Assembly: GCA_038322405.1 (NCBI GenBank) | Contig: JBBQFV010000003.1 | Span: 1-36,774, forward strand | Reading direction: 5' to 3' | From: Patescibacteria group bacterium | GTDB lineage: Bacteria; Patescibacteriota; UBA1384; CAILIB01 | Length of the DNA: 36,774 nt | Part shown: positions 8,733 to 17,000 of the stretch, in pieces | How the letters are laid out: every line of letters begins with the position of its first letter | How positions within the stretch are numbered: position 1 is the first letter of the stretch | Translations under genes and position numbers: made by a program | Notes under the pieces: generated by a model | What the model was told of the DNA's origin: nothing | The model's input: the letters and a program-made list of their open reading frames with translations, nothing else | Database searches by the model: none

Positions 8733-9835
8733 GCAACCGGCACATTCTTTTTGTGGGAGGAGGGACGGCAGGGCATATTTCACCACTCCTAGCTGTTATG
8801 GATGCCGTGCAAAAACAAGCCGGCCCTAAGGCAGCTTGCACCTATGTTGGCCTTCCAAGCGATCTCGATTCGCCCCTCATAACCGAATCTAAGCTTACGT
8901 TTGCTAAACGCGCGGTGCGCTCGGGAAAGCTGCATCGCCACGCAACCTGGAACCAATTTAAACAAGTGGGTCAGTTTTTACGCGGGCTAGCCGAAGCGCG
9001 CAGGCTCATTACCGAACTTAAGCCCGCTGTAGTGTTTGCCAAAGGCGGCTATAGCACAGTACCACTGGTACTTGCCGCCGCCCGGAAAGGTATCCCCATT
9101 TTTTGCCACGAAAGCGATTCGGTGCCTGGCCTGGCTAACCGGTTCGTTTCCCGCTACGCCAAAACAATTTTCACTTCCTACCCGGTTGAGGTGTATGCCC
9201 AGCTGCCGCAAGACCGCTTGGTGTACACAGGCCAGCCGGTGCGCGATATATTCTACTCAAAGGCAAAGCAGCTTCCGGTCATCGAAAAAGTGACCCTCAA
9301 CGGACTACCGGTGCTAACGGTAATAGGGGGCAGCCAAGGTTCACGCAAGGTAAACCAGTTAATAAGTGAGGCCTGGGGTGCGCTTTTGCCGCACTTTCAG
9401 CTTGTCCACGTTACAGGCTCGCAGGAGCACACCGCATATGAGGCGAAAAAAATTCAGCTTACTCCTTCGTTACAACAAAATCTGCATGTAGTACCCTTTT
9501 TAACCAAGGAGCTTCCGGCCTTGTTTCAAAAGAGTGCTATTGTAATAAGCCGCTCGGGCGGTACTATTGCCGAGCTGGCGGCATCACGGGCCTGTACGGT
9601 GCTCATTCCGCTTTCTACCTCAGCCCAAAACCACCAAATGGCCAATGCCCGGGTACTGCAAAAGGCAGGGGCTGCAGTTGTGCTTGATGAAACCGTTACC
9701 ACGAGTGCCGAGCTAATCGCCACCATTCAGCGCATATGCGGCAACATGTCGGAAGAAACTGCCCTGAGGGCAGCAATTGGTTCATTCGATCGTCCCGATG
9801 CAGCGGCCCGCATGGCGGAATACCTGTTACAGTAA
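8729..9835 (+). CDS. murG: MurG glycosyltransferase
   Basis: GGGTAGH, KGGYS, HESD, GGSQG, HQMANA motifs. Confidence 0.96.
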   Translation: MSNRHILFVGGGTAGHISPLLAVMDAVQKQAGPKAACTYVGLPSDLDSPLITESKLTFAKRAVRSGKLHRHATWNQFKQVGQFLRGLAEARRLITELKPAVVFAKGGYSTVPLVLAAARKGIPIFCHESDSVPGLANRFVSRYAKTIFTSYPVEVYAQLPQDRLVYTGQPVRDIFYSKAKQLPVIEKVTLNGLPVLTVIGGSQGSRKVNQLISEAWGALLPHFQLVHVTGSQEHTAYEAKKIQLTPSLQQNLHVVPFLTKELPALFQKSAIVISRSGGTIAELAASRACTVLIPLSTSAQNHQMANARVLQKAGAAVVLDETVTTSAELIATIQRICGNMSEETALRAAIGSFDRPDAAARMAEYLLQ

Positions 9836-9839
9836 GCAT

Positions 9840-11138
9840 ATGCGGCATATCTACCTCATTGGGATTGGCGGCGTTGGAACTGTCTGGATTGCAGACTACT
9901 GTTTGAAGCAGGGGTGGCAGGTTTCGGGAAGCGACGTGAGTGAAAGCGCCGACACGCTGCGCTTACGGGCGCTTGGAGCGAACATCCATATTGGCGTTGA
10001 CCCGGCGGCCATCCCTACCGATGTCACCGAAGCCGTCATGACCTCGGCAACTACCCCTTCTGCACCGAGTTATCCCGAATACGAAGAGCTGACGAAGCGG
10101 GGGATAAAGGTCCTAAAGCGGGCCCAGTGGATTGGCAAACTAACCCAGCGCTATACCACTATTTCGGTGTGTGGCGCCCACGGTAAAACTACTACTACCG
10201 CCATGATTGGTTGGATTTTAGATCAAGCCGGACTCGATCCTACCGTGTTTGTAGGCGGCTCGCTTGCCCCTTGGAACGGTACCAGGATTGGTCAGGGGAA
10301 GTACCTTATCCTCGAATCTGACGAATTTGACCGCAGCTTTCATAATTTTTACCCCAAGATTGCTGTCCTACTGAATATCGACCTCGACCACACCGATTAC
10401 TACACCAAAGGCTTGCCGGAAATTGAGCAGTCCTACAGACGTTTTTTACGCAATTTGCCGACAAGGACTGGGCTCGTCGTGGGTTATGGCAAAGATGGGC
10501 GGGTGCGCAAAGCAGTCAAAGGTTTCAAATACAAAACCCGTTGGTACGATGAGCGCAACCTGTGGCCAGGGGTGCGCGTTCCTCAGCCTGGAATGCACAA
10601 CTTGCTGAATGCCACGGCTGCTTCCCGGGTAGCGCATGAACTGGGGGTTGGACAGGAAATGATTAAAAAATCCTTAGCCACCTTTCCAGGGGCTGGCCGC
10701 CGTTTTGAGTACTTAGGCAAGTGGAAGCAAGCCGAATTGTATGACGATTACGCGCACCATCCAACTGAAATGCAGGCGACCCTTGCCGGGCTCGCCGAAA
10801 AATTCCCTCATGAGCAGCTGACACTGGTGTTCCAGCCGCACCAAAAAGCGCGGACCAAGGCATTGCTTAAAGAGTTCGGCCGGGCTTTTGATAAGCATGC
10901 GCCGCAACGCTTAATTTTAGCGCCCATCTACCATGTAGCGGGTAGGGAAGAGGGGATAGCCATTGAAAGCGCTGTCATTGCTGCCGAAATTGGTCCTACA
11001 AAAATGACAGTCGAGGTGGCAAAAAATGAGGAAGAACTGGGGCGAATGGTCAAAGCCGCCGCCAATCAGCCCGGTGTACTCATGGTAATGGGAGCTGGCA
11101 ATATTCGCGCCCTTACCGATAAATGGCGCAATGAATAG
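9840..11138 (+). CDS. murC: UDP-MurNAc:L-Ala ligase (start revised to ATG 9840)
   Basis: IGIGGVG, GAHGKTTTT, ESDEFD, DDYAHHP, FQPH motifs; ATG 9840 follows the murG stop. Confidence 0.95.
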   Translation: MRHIYLIGIGGVGTVWIADYCLKQGWQVSGSDVSESADTLRLRALGANIHIGVDPAAIPTDVTEAVMTSATTPSAPSYPEYEELTKRGIKVLKRAQWIGKLTQRYTTISVCGAHGKTTTTAMIGWILDQAGLDPTVFVGGSLAPWNGTRIGQGKYLILESDEFDRSFHNFYPKIAVLLNIDLDHTDYYTKGLPEIEQSYRRFLRNLPTRTGLVVGYGKDGRVRKAVKGFKYKTRWYDERNLWPGVRVPQPGMHNLLNATAASRVAHELGVGQEMIKKSLATFPGAGRRFEYLGKWKQAELYDDYAHHPTEMQATLAGLAEKFPHEQLTLVFQPHQKARTKALLKEFGRAFDKHAPQRLILAPIYHVAGREEGIAIESAVIAAEIGPTKMTVEVAKNEEELGRMVKAAANQPGVLMVMGAGNIRALTDKWRNE

Positions 11139-12165
11139 CCGCTGGCAAAAAGGAGTTATGGGAGCTCAACTTTGCAGTATGAAGGTAGGCGGACCCATAC
11201 AGTTTGTGAGCCGTCCCGCCACCAAGGAAGAACTCGTTGAAGATGTGAAAACGGCAGGGGAGCAGGGGATCGAGATGCGCATTTTAGGCGGGGGAAGCAA
11301 TATTGTTTTTCCCGACGAAGGCTTTGCGGGCATTATTATAATTCCCACCAATAAAGAAATGACTCCCCTGCAGGATTGTCATTTTTCTGAACTCCCCCAA
11401 ACGTCTACCGATACTCGCTACAGGCGGGATGAGTGGAAAGAAGGATTCCTCACCCTCGAAGGGGCTGAGCAACAGCAAGCGGAGCCCAAGTGGCTGCGAG
11501 TTGGCGCGGGCGTCCCTTGGGGCCAAGCGGTAATGGGAAGCTTTGAGCAGCAGGCGACAGGTCTTGAGTGGTATGCGCGCATCCCCTCTTCGGTTGGGGG
11601 AGCAGTATTCAATAATATTCACGGCGAAAAGCATTTCCTGGCCGAAGTAGTGCAGGAGGTAACGGCTTATACAGGGCAAGAATTTGTGACAGTCCTCCCC
11701 TCCGAACTTAGCTTTGGTTACGACTATAGCATTTTTCACAAGCGGTCGGGCTGGGTGATTTGGGATGTCACCTTTTGCCTCAACCAGGCGACTGAAGAGC
11801 AGGTTACCGCCGCAAAGCAGCAATACCTGGAATGGACAAAGGCAAAGTCAACAGTGCAACCGAGCGGGGCGAACTGTGGTTCAGTGTTTAAAAACCTTCC
11901 ACAAGACAAAGCGACAGAACTTGGTACGAACATGGTGGCTGCTGCTTGGTACATTGACCAAGCAGGGTGCAAAGGGTGGGAAGAAGGTGCCATGCAAGTA
12001 TATCCAGAACATGCCAACTTTATGATTAACAAAGGGGGCGGTACCCAGCAGCAACTCATTGCCCTCATACACCGGGTGCGGGAAGCGGTGCACACAAAGT
12101 ACAATTACTGGCTAGAACCGGAAGTTGAGGTTATGCTGCAGTCTAACGAGCGTTACGAATGGTAG
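11131..12165 (+). CDS. murB: UDP-N-acetylenolpyruvoylglucosamine reductase, copy 1
   Basis: GGGSN, NCGSVFKN, HANF, LEPEV motifs; FGYD instead of FGYR. Confidence 0.88.
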   Translation: MNSRWQKGVMGAQLCSMKVGGPIQFVSRPATKEELVEDVKTAGEQGIEMRILGGGSNIVFPDEGFAGIIIIPTNKEMTPLQDCHFSELPQTSTDTRYRRDEWKEGFLTLEGAEQQQAEPKWLRVGAGVPWGQAVMGSFEQQATGLEWYARIPSSVGGAVFNNIHGEKHFLAEVVQEVTAYTGQEFVTVLPSELSFGYDYSIFHKRSGWVIWDVTFCLNQATEEQVTAAKQQYLEWTKAKSTVQPSGANCGSVFKNLPQDKATELGTNMVAAAWYIDQAGCKGWEEGAMQVYPEHANFMINKGGGTQQQLIALIHRVREAVHTKYNYWLEPEVEVMLQSNERYEW

Positions 12166-13145
12166 AAGATTCAACCTATAAGTTACTTTTGAAGGACATT
12201 GCCCGAGTAGAGCAACACGTCTCTTTGGGGCGTTTTAATGGCCTAGGCCTAGGTGGAAGGGCGGCCTATTTTACCGAAGCCCGTGATGCCATGGAAGTGG
12301 CTGGGGCAGTCAAAGCAGCTATCGATGCCAACCTTCCCTACGAAATTGTAGGGTCGGGCAGCGCAATACTTTTTCCCGATGACGACTACGCTGGCCTCAT
12401 CATCCATAATCGCTCTGAAGGGTTTGTCATGGCGGCTGACAAGAGCCAGGTGGTGGTGGAAAGTGGCATGATTTTGCAGCGCTTCATTACCTTGGCAGCT
12501 GGACGTGGTTACGGAGGGATGACTCAGTTTTACGGATTGCCGGGGACAATTGGGGGTGCTGTGTACAATGGTTTGACCGTTGAGGGTGGCAGTATTTTGT
12601 CATCAATTAGACACTTGACCATGCTCATACCGCCCACCAAAATGAAACCCTACCCTACCGTTTCCAGACAGCGGGTTGACTGGCTTATCCGCGATGACGG
12701 CCAAACAAAACTCCGCTATTTACGAAACACCCGTAGTTTTGAGCAAGCCCGCCCAGTCATTTTAAATGTGCAGTTCCAGTTAACCTCGGTTCGCCCGGAC
12801 GAGTTGCAGCGGCGCATTCAAAAAGAGGCCGAACTCATCGTTCCGCCGCCTCGGGGTGAGGTATTTGGCCCCATCTTTCTTGAGCCAGGCGGGGGGCATA
12901 AATTAGCTGAGGTATTGAAACATTCGGGTGTACAAAGAATTATGATCGATGGCATACGGGCAGATCGCAAAAACCTTAACTATTTGTGCGCCAAGCGGAG
13001 TGGAACTGTTATGGCAGTCTGGCGGACAGTGGTAGCCATGCAAGAATTAGTACGTGAGCGCTCGGGAATTGAAATCAAACCGGCCTTTGAGCGGCTTGGT
13101 GTGTGGTCAGCGACAAACCAAGAGGCCGAAGCTGTGGTAGGATAG
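12159..13145 (+). CDS. MurB-like FAD-binding paralog, copy 2 (degenerate active site)
   Basis: LGGRAAYF, VGSGS, GLPGTIGGAVY show the MurB FAD domain; the C-terminal catalytic motifs are altered. Confidence 0.75.
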   Translation: MVEDSTYKLLLKDIARVEQHVSLGRFNGLGLGGRAAYFTEARDAMEVAGAVKAAIDANLPYEIVGSGSAILFPDDDYAGLIIHNRSEGFVMAADKSQVVVESGMILQRFITLAAGRGYGGMTQFYGLPGTIGGAVYNGLTVEGGSILSSIRHLTMLIPPTKMKPYPTVSRQRVDWLIRDDGQTKLRYLRNTRSFEQARPVILNVQFQLTSVRPDELQRRIQKEAELIVPPPRGEVFGPIFLEPGGGHKLAEVLKHSGVQRIMIDGIRADRKNLNYLCAKRSGTVMAVWRTVVAMQELVRERSGIEIKPAFERLGVWSATNQEAEAVVG

Positions 13146-13149
13146 GGAC

Positions 13150-13968
13150 ATGCGTACTTCCCGTCGCCGTTATGTTCGGCGCATGCCAAAAATTTACGGG
13201 AATTTGCAGCCACGTGAACGGCGTTGGTCTCCAAGTGGCCTGTTTCGGGTAGCGCGTAAAGTACTTCCCTATGTCATTGCGATGCTGGTCATCTACGTCG
13301 TCATTGCCAGCTCATTGTTCCGCGTAAAAACGGTTGAAGTGCGCGGCGCCGCCCTTTCTGACCCGGCGGCTATCGAACAGCTCGTACCCAAAGGAGGAAG
13401 CATTTGGACGTTCCCTAAAGGTACCGTAGCTGCCAGCATTAGCAAAGACCCCGCGGTTCAAGATGTGCGCATTTGGCGTGGCTTGCCGAGCAGCATTTTA
13501 GTGGAGGTAACCGAGCGCAGCGCCAAGGCCTTGTGGGTAACCGGCGCAACCGCCTCGGTGCTCGACGCCCAGGGCGTGGTGTACCTGCAATATGCCACAA
13601 ACAACCTGCCAGCTCCCGATACCGCAATAGGGAAAACCCTTGCCTCCCTCCCCCGCATCGATGACACGTCAGGCCTGGGCGCCGAAGACGGCCAGCAGGT
13701 AGCGAGTACACTTTTCTTGCAATTTGTGAACGACGTGCAAACCCAGCTTGTGGCCCTCATCCCCAATTATGTCGCCACTTCTTTCCAAGTGGGCGCTACA
13801 ACCTACGACGTCACTGTCATGACAAAAGAGGGCATGAAAGTAGAGCTTAACAGCTTAGGGGACGCGGGCGTGCAAATACGTAACGTGGCCCGCCTGGTCC
13901 GCGATGGGGATTTAAATGGGGCACAGGTAGCCGATTTGCGAGTTGACCGTTGGGCCTATGTCAAATAA
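13150..13968 (+). CDS. ftsQ: FtsQ/DivIB POTRA-domain cell division protein
   Basis: TM helix, FRVKTVEVRG POTRA start, LPSSILVEVTER, C-terminal DLR. Confidence 0.85.
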   Translation: MRTSRRRYVRRMPKIYGNLQPRERRWSPSGLFRVARKVLPYVIAMLVIYVVIASSLFRVKTVEVRGAALSDPAAIEQLVPKGGSIWTFPKGTVAASISKDPAVQDVRIWRGLPSSILVEVTERSAKALWVTGATASVLDAQGVVYLQYATNNLPAPDTAIGKTLASLPRIDDTSGLGAEDGQQVASTLFLQFVNDVQTQLVALIPNYVATSFQVGATTYDVTVMTKEGMKVELNSLGDAGVQIRNVARLVRDGDLNGAQVADLRVDRWAYVK

Positions 13969-15634
13969 CCCTATTGAGGGAATAATAGTCGGCTTGCTCA
14001 GTAAGCGGGGAATTGCCGCTAAGGAGCAGGCTGCTTTTCGAAACCCCGATTTTGCACGCGATACCCACTCCCCTTGGTTGCTCCCCGGTATCGGCGTAGC
14101 AATTGGGCGCTTACTTGAAGCGCACCAAAAACAGGAAAAAATTATAATCTTTGGCGATTACGATGCCGATGGCGTGCCAGCCACTGCCCTTTTGCTGCGT
14201 ACGTTGCGGGGGCTGGGGTTTGCCAATATCTACGGGGTAATTCCCACAAGGGAACAAGGTTACGGCCTGACCGAGGGAATTGTTACCGCGCTGCTCAAAC
14301 AGGAACCGGCCATAGTCATTGCTGTCGATAATGGCACCGTTGCCCAGGCGGAAGTGGCTATGCTTGCGGAAGCCGGGGTAGCGGTCATTATTATTGATCA
14401 CCACGAGCCGCAGGAAGGGAAAATTGCCACTGGGGCCCTTGCCATTATCAACCCTAAAATGGCTGGTTCGGCGTACCCCTTCAGGGAGCTTTGCGCGTGT
14501 GCGCTTGCTTGGAAGGTGGCCTGTGCACTGACCGAAAAAATGAAACAAGACCCCGCCCAACTGAAGTGGGAGCTTGATTTGGTGGGGCTATCGACTGTGG
14601 CTGACATGGTTCCCCTGGTAGGCGAAAACCGAGTACTGGCCTGCTATGGGCTTACCGTGCTGCGCAAAAGCCGTAACCTCGGTTTAATTGCTTTAATGGA
14701 AGTGTCTGCGGTAACCAAAGCCCACCTTTCGGCTGGCGATGTTGGATTTAAGCTTGCCCCGCGCATCAATGCCCCTTCGCGCATGCACGGCGAGTTACTG
14801 GAGGGAGAGAATGCCGCACTTCAGCTCCTTGTTACAGAGGACGCCCAGGTTGCCTACAAGCATGCAGACTACTTAAACCAGCAGAATAAAGAGCGTCAGC
14901 AGTTGGTAGATGACCACTTGCGAGAAGCGGAAAACCAAGTGCGGGACCACATAGATTCTCAGGTGTTGGTTGCTTACCACGACTCCTGGTCGAGCGGGGT
15001 GATTGGCTTGGTGGCCAGCAGGCTGGTAGAACGGTATAAGCGTCCGACAATTGTCCTGGCCCCCGAAGGAGGGACGATCAAAGGGTCGGTGCGGAGCGTT
15101 GAGGGCGTGCACGCGATTGAGTTGCTCGATGCTGCTTCTGCCCAGCTGGAAAGGTTTGGTGGCCACGCCAAGGCGGCAGGTCTTACCTTGAGTGGGACAG
15201 TTGAGTTGTTCCGTGATGCGCTTGAGGCATACATGCTGGAACTAGGCATTACCCTGGATGAGCTGGCCAAGGGGAACGAGTGGCCTTGTGACGGCGAACT
15301 CAACGTCCCCGAACTTTCCGTAGAGCTTGCCAAGGCACTAGAGTCACTTGCGCCTTTCGGGATTGGCTTTCCTGCCCCATTGTTTGAGGTGGTAGCAGGC
15401 GTAAGGAATGTACGGCGGGTTGGGGTAGAAGGAAAACACGTCAGCTTTTTCCTCACCGATGGCCATGATTCGCGCAAGGCAATTGCCTTTTCCTACCGGG
15501 GCCCGGAACTCATAGAAGGGGAATTGTACAAGCTGTTTGTCACACTGCAAGCTGAAGAGTGGCAGGGAGTTGTCTCTCCCGTCTGCCATGTCCGAAATGT
15601 AGAAAAAGTAGACAACGCTCCCCAAGTGGCCTAA
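13958..15634 (+). CDS. recJ: Single-stranded DNA exonuclease RecJ (start revised to ATG 13958)
   Basis: GDYDADG, DNG, DHH, FGGHAKAAG, PFGIG motifs. Confidence 0.96.
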   Translation: MSNNPIEGIIVGLLSKRGIAAKEQAAFRNPDFARDTHSPWLLPGIGVAIGRLLEAHQKQEKIIIFGDYDADGVPATALLLRTLRGLGFANIYGVIPTREQGYGLTEGIVTALLKQEPAIVIAVDNGTVAQAEVAMLAEAGVAVIIIDHHEPQEGKIATGALAIINPKMAGSAYPFRELCACALAWKVACALTEKMKQDPAQLKWELDLVGLSTVADMVPLVGENRVLACYGLTVLRKSRNLGLIALMEVSAVTKAHLSAGDVGFKLAPRINAPSRMHGELLEGENAALQLLVTEDAQVAYKHADYLNQQNKERQQLVDDHLREAENQVRDHIDSQVLVAYHDSWSSGVIGLVASRLVERYKRPTIVLAPEGGTIKGSVRSVEGVHAIELLDAASAQLERFGGHAKAAGLTLSGTVELFRDALEAYMLELGITLDELAKGNEWPCDGELNVPELSVELAKALESLAPFGIGFPAPLFEVVAGVRNVRRVGVEGKHVSFFLTDGHDSRKAIAFSYRGPELIEGELYKLFVTLQAEEWQGVVSPVCHVRNVEKVDNAPQVA

Positions 15635-15653
15635 CGGCTGCTAGAGTGTGCCT

Positions 15654-17000
15654 ATGGCTAAGTCGAAAAACACTACCCTCTTCGTTTGCTCCGACTGCGG
15701 CGAAGAATACATTCAGTGGCAGGGGCGCTGCTCCAATTGTGGCAACTGGAATACCTTAAAAGAATTCAGTGTGCCAAACGAGCGGGGTACAAAAGGGCGG
15801 GCTGGGGGCTATAGCGGCAAAACTGAAGTGGCCACCCAAAAGCTAGCCGATGTTGCCGGGGACAAACTAGTTCGCCGTTCGACAAGCATTCCGGAATTTG
15901 ACCGGGTGCTCGGTGGCGGGCTAGTGCCAGGGAGCGTATTGCTACTTGGTGGCGATCCGGGGATTGGCAAAAGTACTATCTTGTTACAGTCGGCAGCAGG
16001 CTTTGTAGGCACGGTACTCTACGTTAGCGGGGAAGAGTCCCCTGAGCAAATAAAGCTCCGAGCGGAGCGTTTAAAGCTAAAATCGCAAGAAGTGCAGTTG
16101 CTAGCGGCTACCGATGTAAATGTAATTATCGAGCAAATTGAGACGGTGAAGCCGGATCTGGTCATAATTGACTCTATCCAAACCATGTACGACCCGGCTT
16201 ACCCCTCTACGCCAGGCAGCATTGTGCAAGTGCGGGAAACGGCAATCCGCATTCAACAGCTGGCCAAGGCAATTGGGGTTCCCATAATTTTGGTAGGCCA
16301 CATCACCAAAGAAGGGACCGTTGCTGGGCCACGCACCCTGGAGCATTTGGTAGATGTTGTGCTGTACCTGGAAGGGGAGCCGGAACACGAATTACGGGTC
16401 ATGCGGGCTGCTAAAAACCGTTTCGGCGATGCCACCGAAACAGGCTTGTTTGCCATGGAAGAAAATGGCTTGCAACAAGTACTCAACCCGGCCGAATTCT
16501 TGCTTACTGAGCGGGTGCAGGCAGCCGGTTCGGTACTCACTGCTGTAATGGAGGGCAGTAGGCCAATCCTGGTGGAAATTCAGGCCTTAACTGCGCCAAC
16601 CGTCTTTGGCTACCCACGCCGCACTGCTTCTGGTCTCGACTTGAACCGCCTGAACCTGTTGCTGGCCGTATTACAGCGTCGGGCTGGCCTCGACCTCAGT
16701 AACCAGGACGTATACGTGAACATTGTAGGTGGGCTACGCGTTAAGGACCCGGCCGTCGATGCCGCAGTATGCGTTGCCCTTGCTTCGGCCCAGCTGGGTA
16801 CGGTGGTGAATGAACGACTGTGCATTATTGGAGAAGTTGGTTTAGCCGGTGAAATTCGCCAAGTAGCTCAACAAAATCGGCGGGAAAAAGAAGTAGTCAA
16901 ACTCGGCTATACCATGCCAAAAAATACCAAAGAGCTGCGAGAATTGCTTCGCAGCCTGGGTCTCAACCGGGTAAATAAGCGCGAAAGCCAGGAAGGCTAG
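15654..17000 (+). CDS. radA: DNA repair protein RadA/Sms
   Basis: C4 zinc finger, GDPGIGKS, KNRFG, Lon-like C-terminus; 4-nt convergent overlap (CTAG) with the PBP gene. Confidence 0.97.
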   Translation: MAKSKNTTLFVCSDCGEEYIQWQGRCSNCGNWNTLKEFSVPNERGTKGRAGGYSGKTEVATQKLADVAGDKLVRRSTSIPEFDRVLGGGLVPGSVLLLGGDPGIGKSTILLQSAAGFVGTVLYVSGEESPEQIKLRAERLKLKSQEVQLLAATDVNVIIEQIETVKPDLVIIDSIQTMYDPAYPSTPGSIVQVRETAIRIQQLAKAIGVPIILVGHITKEGTVAGPRTLEHLVDVVLYLEGEPEHELRVMRAAKNRFGDATETGLFAMEENGLQQVLNPAEFLLTERVQAAGSVLTAVMEGSRPILVEIQALTAPTVFGYPRRTASGLDLNRLNLLLAVLQRRAGLDLSNQDVYVNIVGGLRVKDPAVDAAVCVALASAQLGTVVNERLCIIGEVGLAGEIRQVAQQNRREKEVVKLGYTMPKNTKELRELLRSLGLNRVNKRESQEG

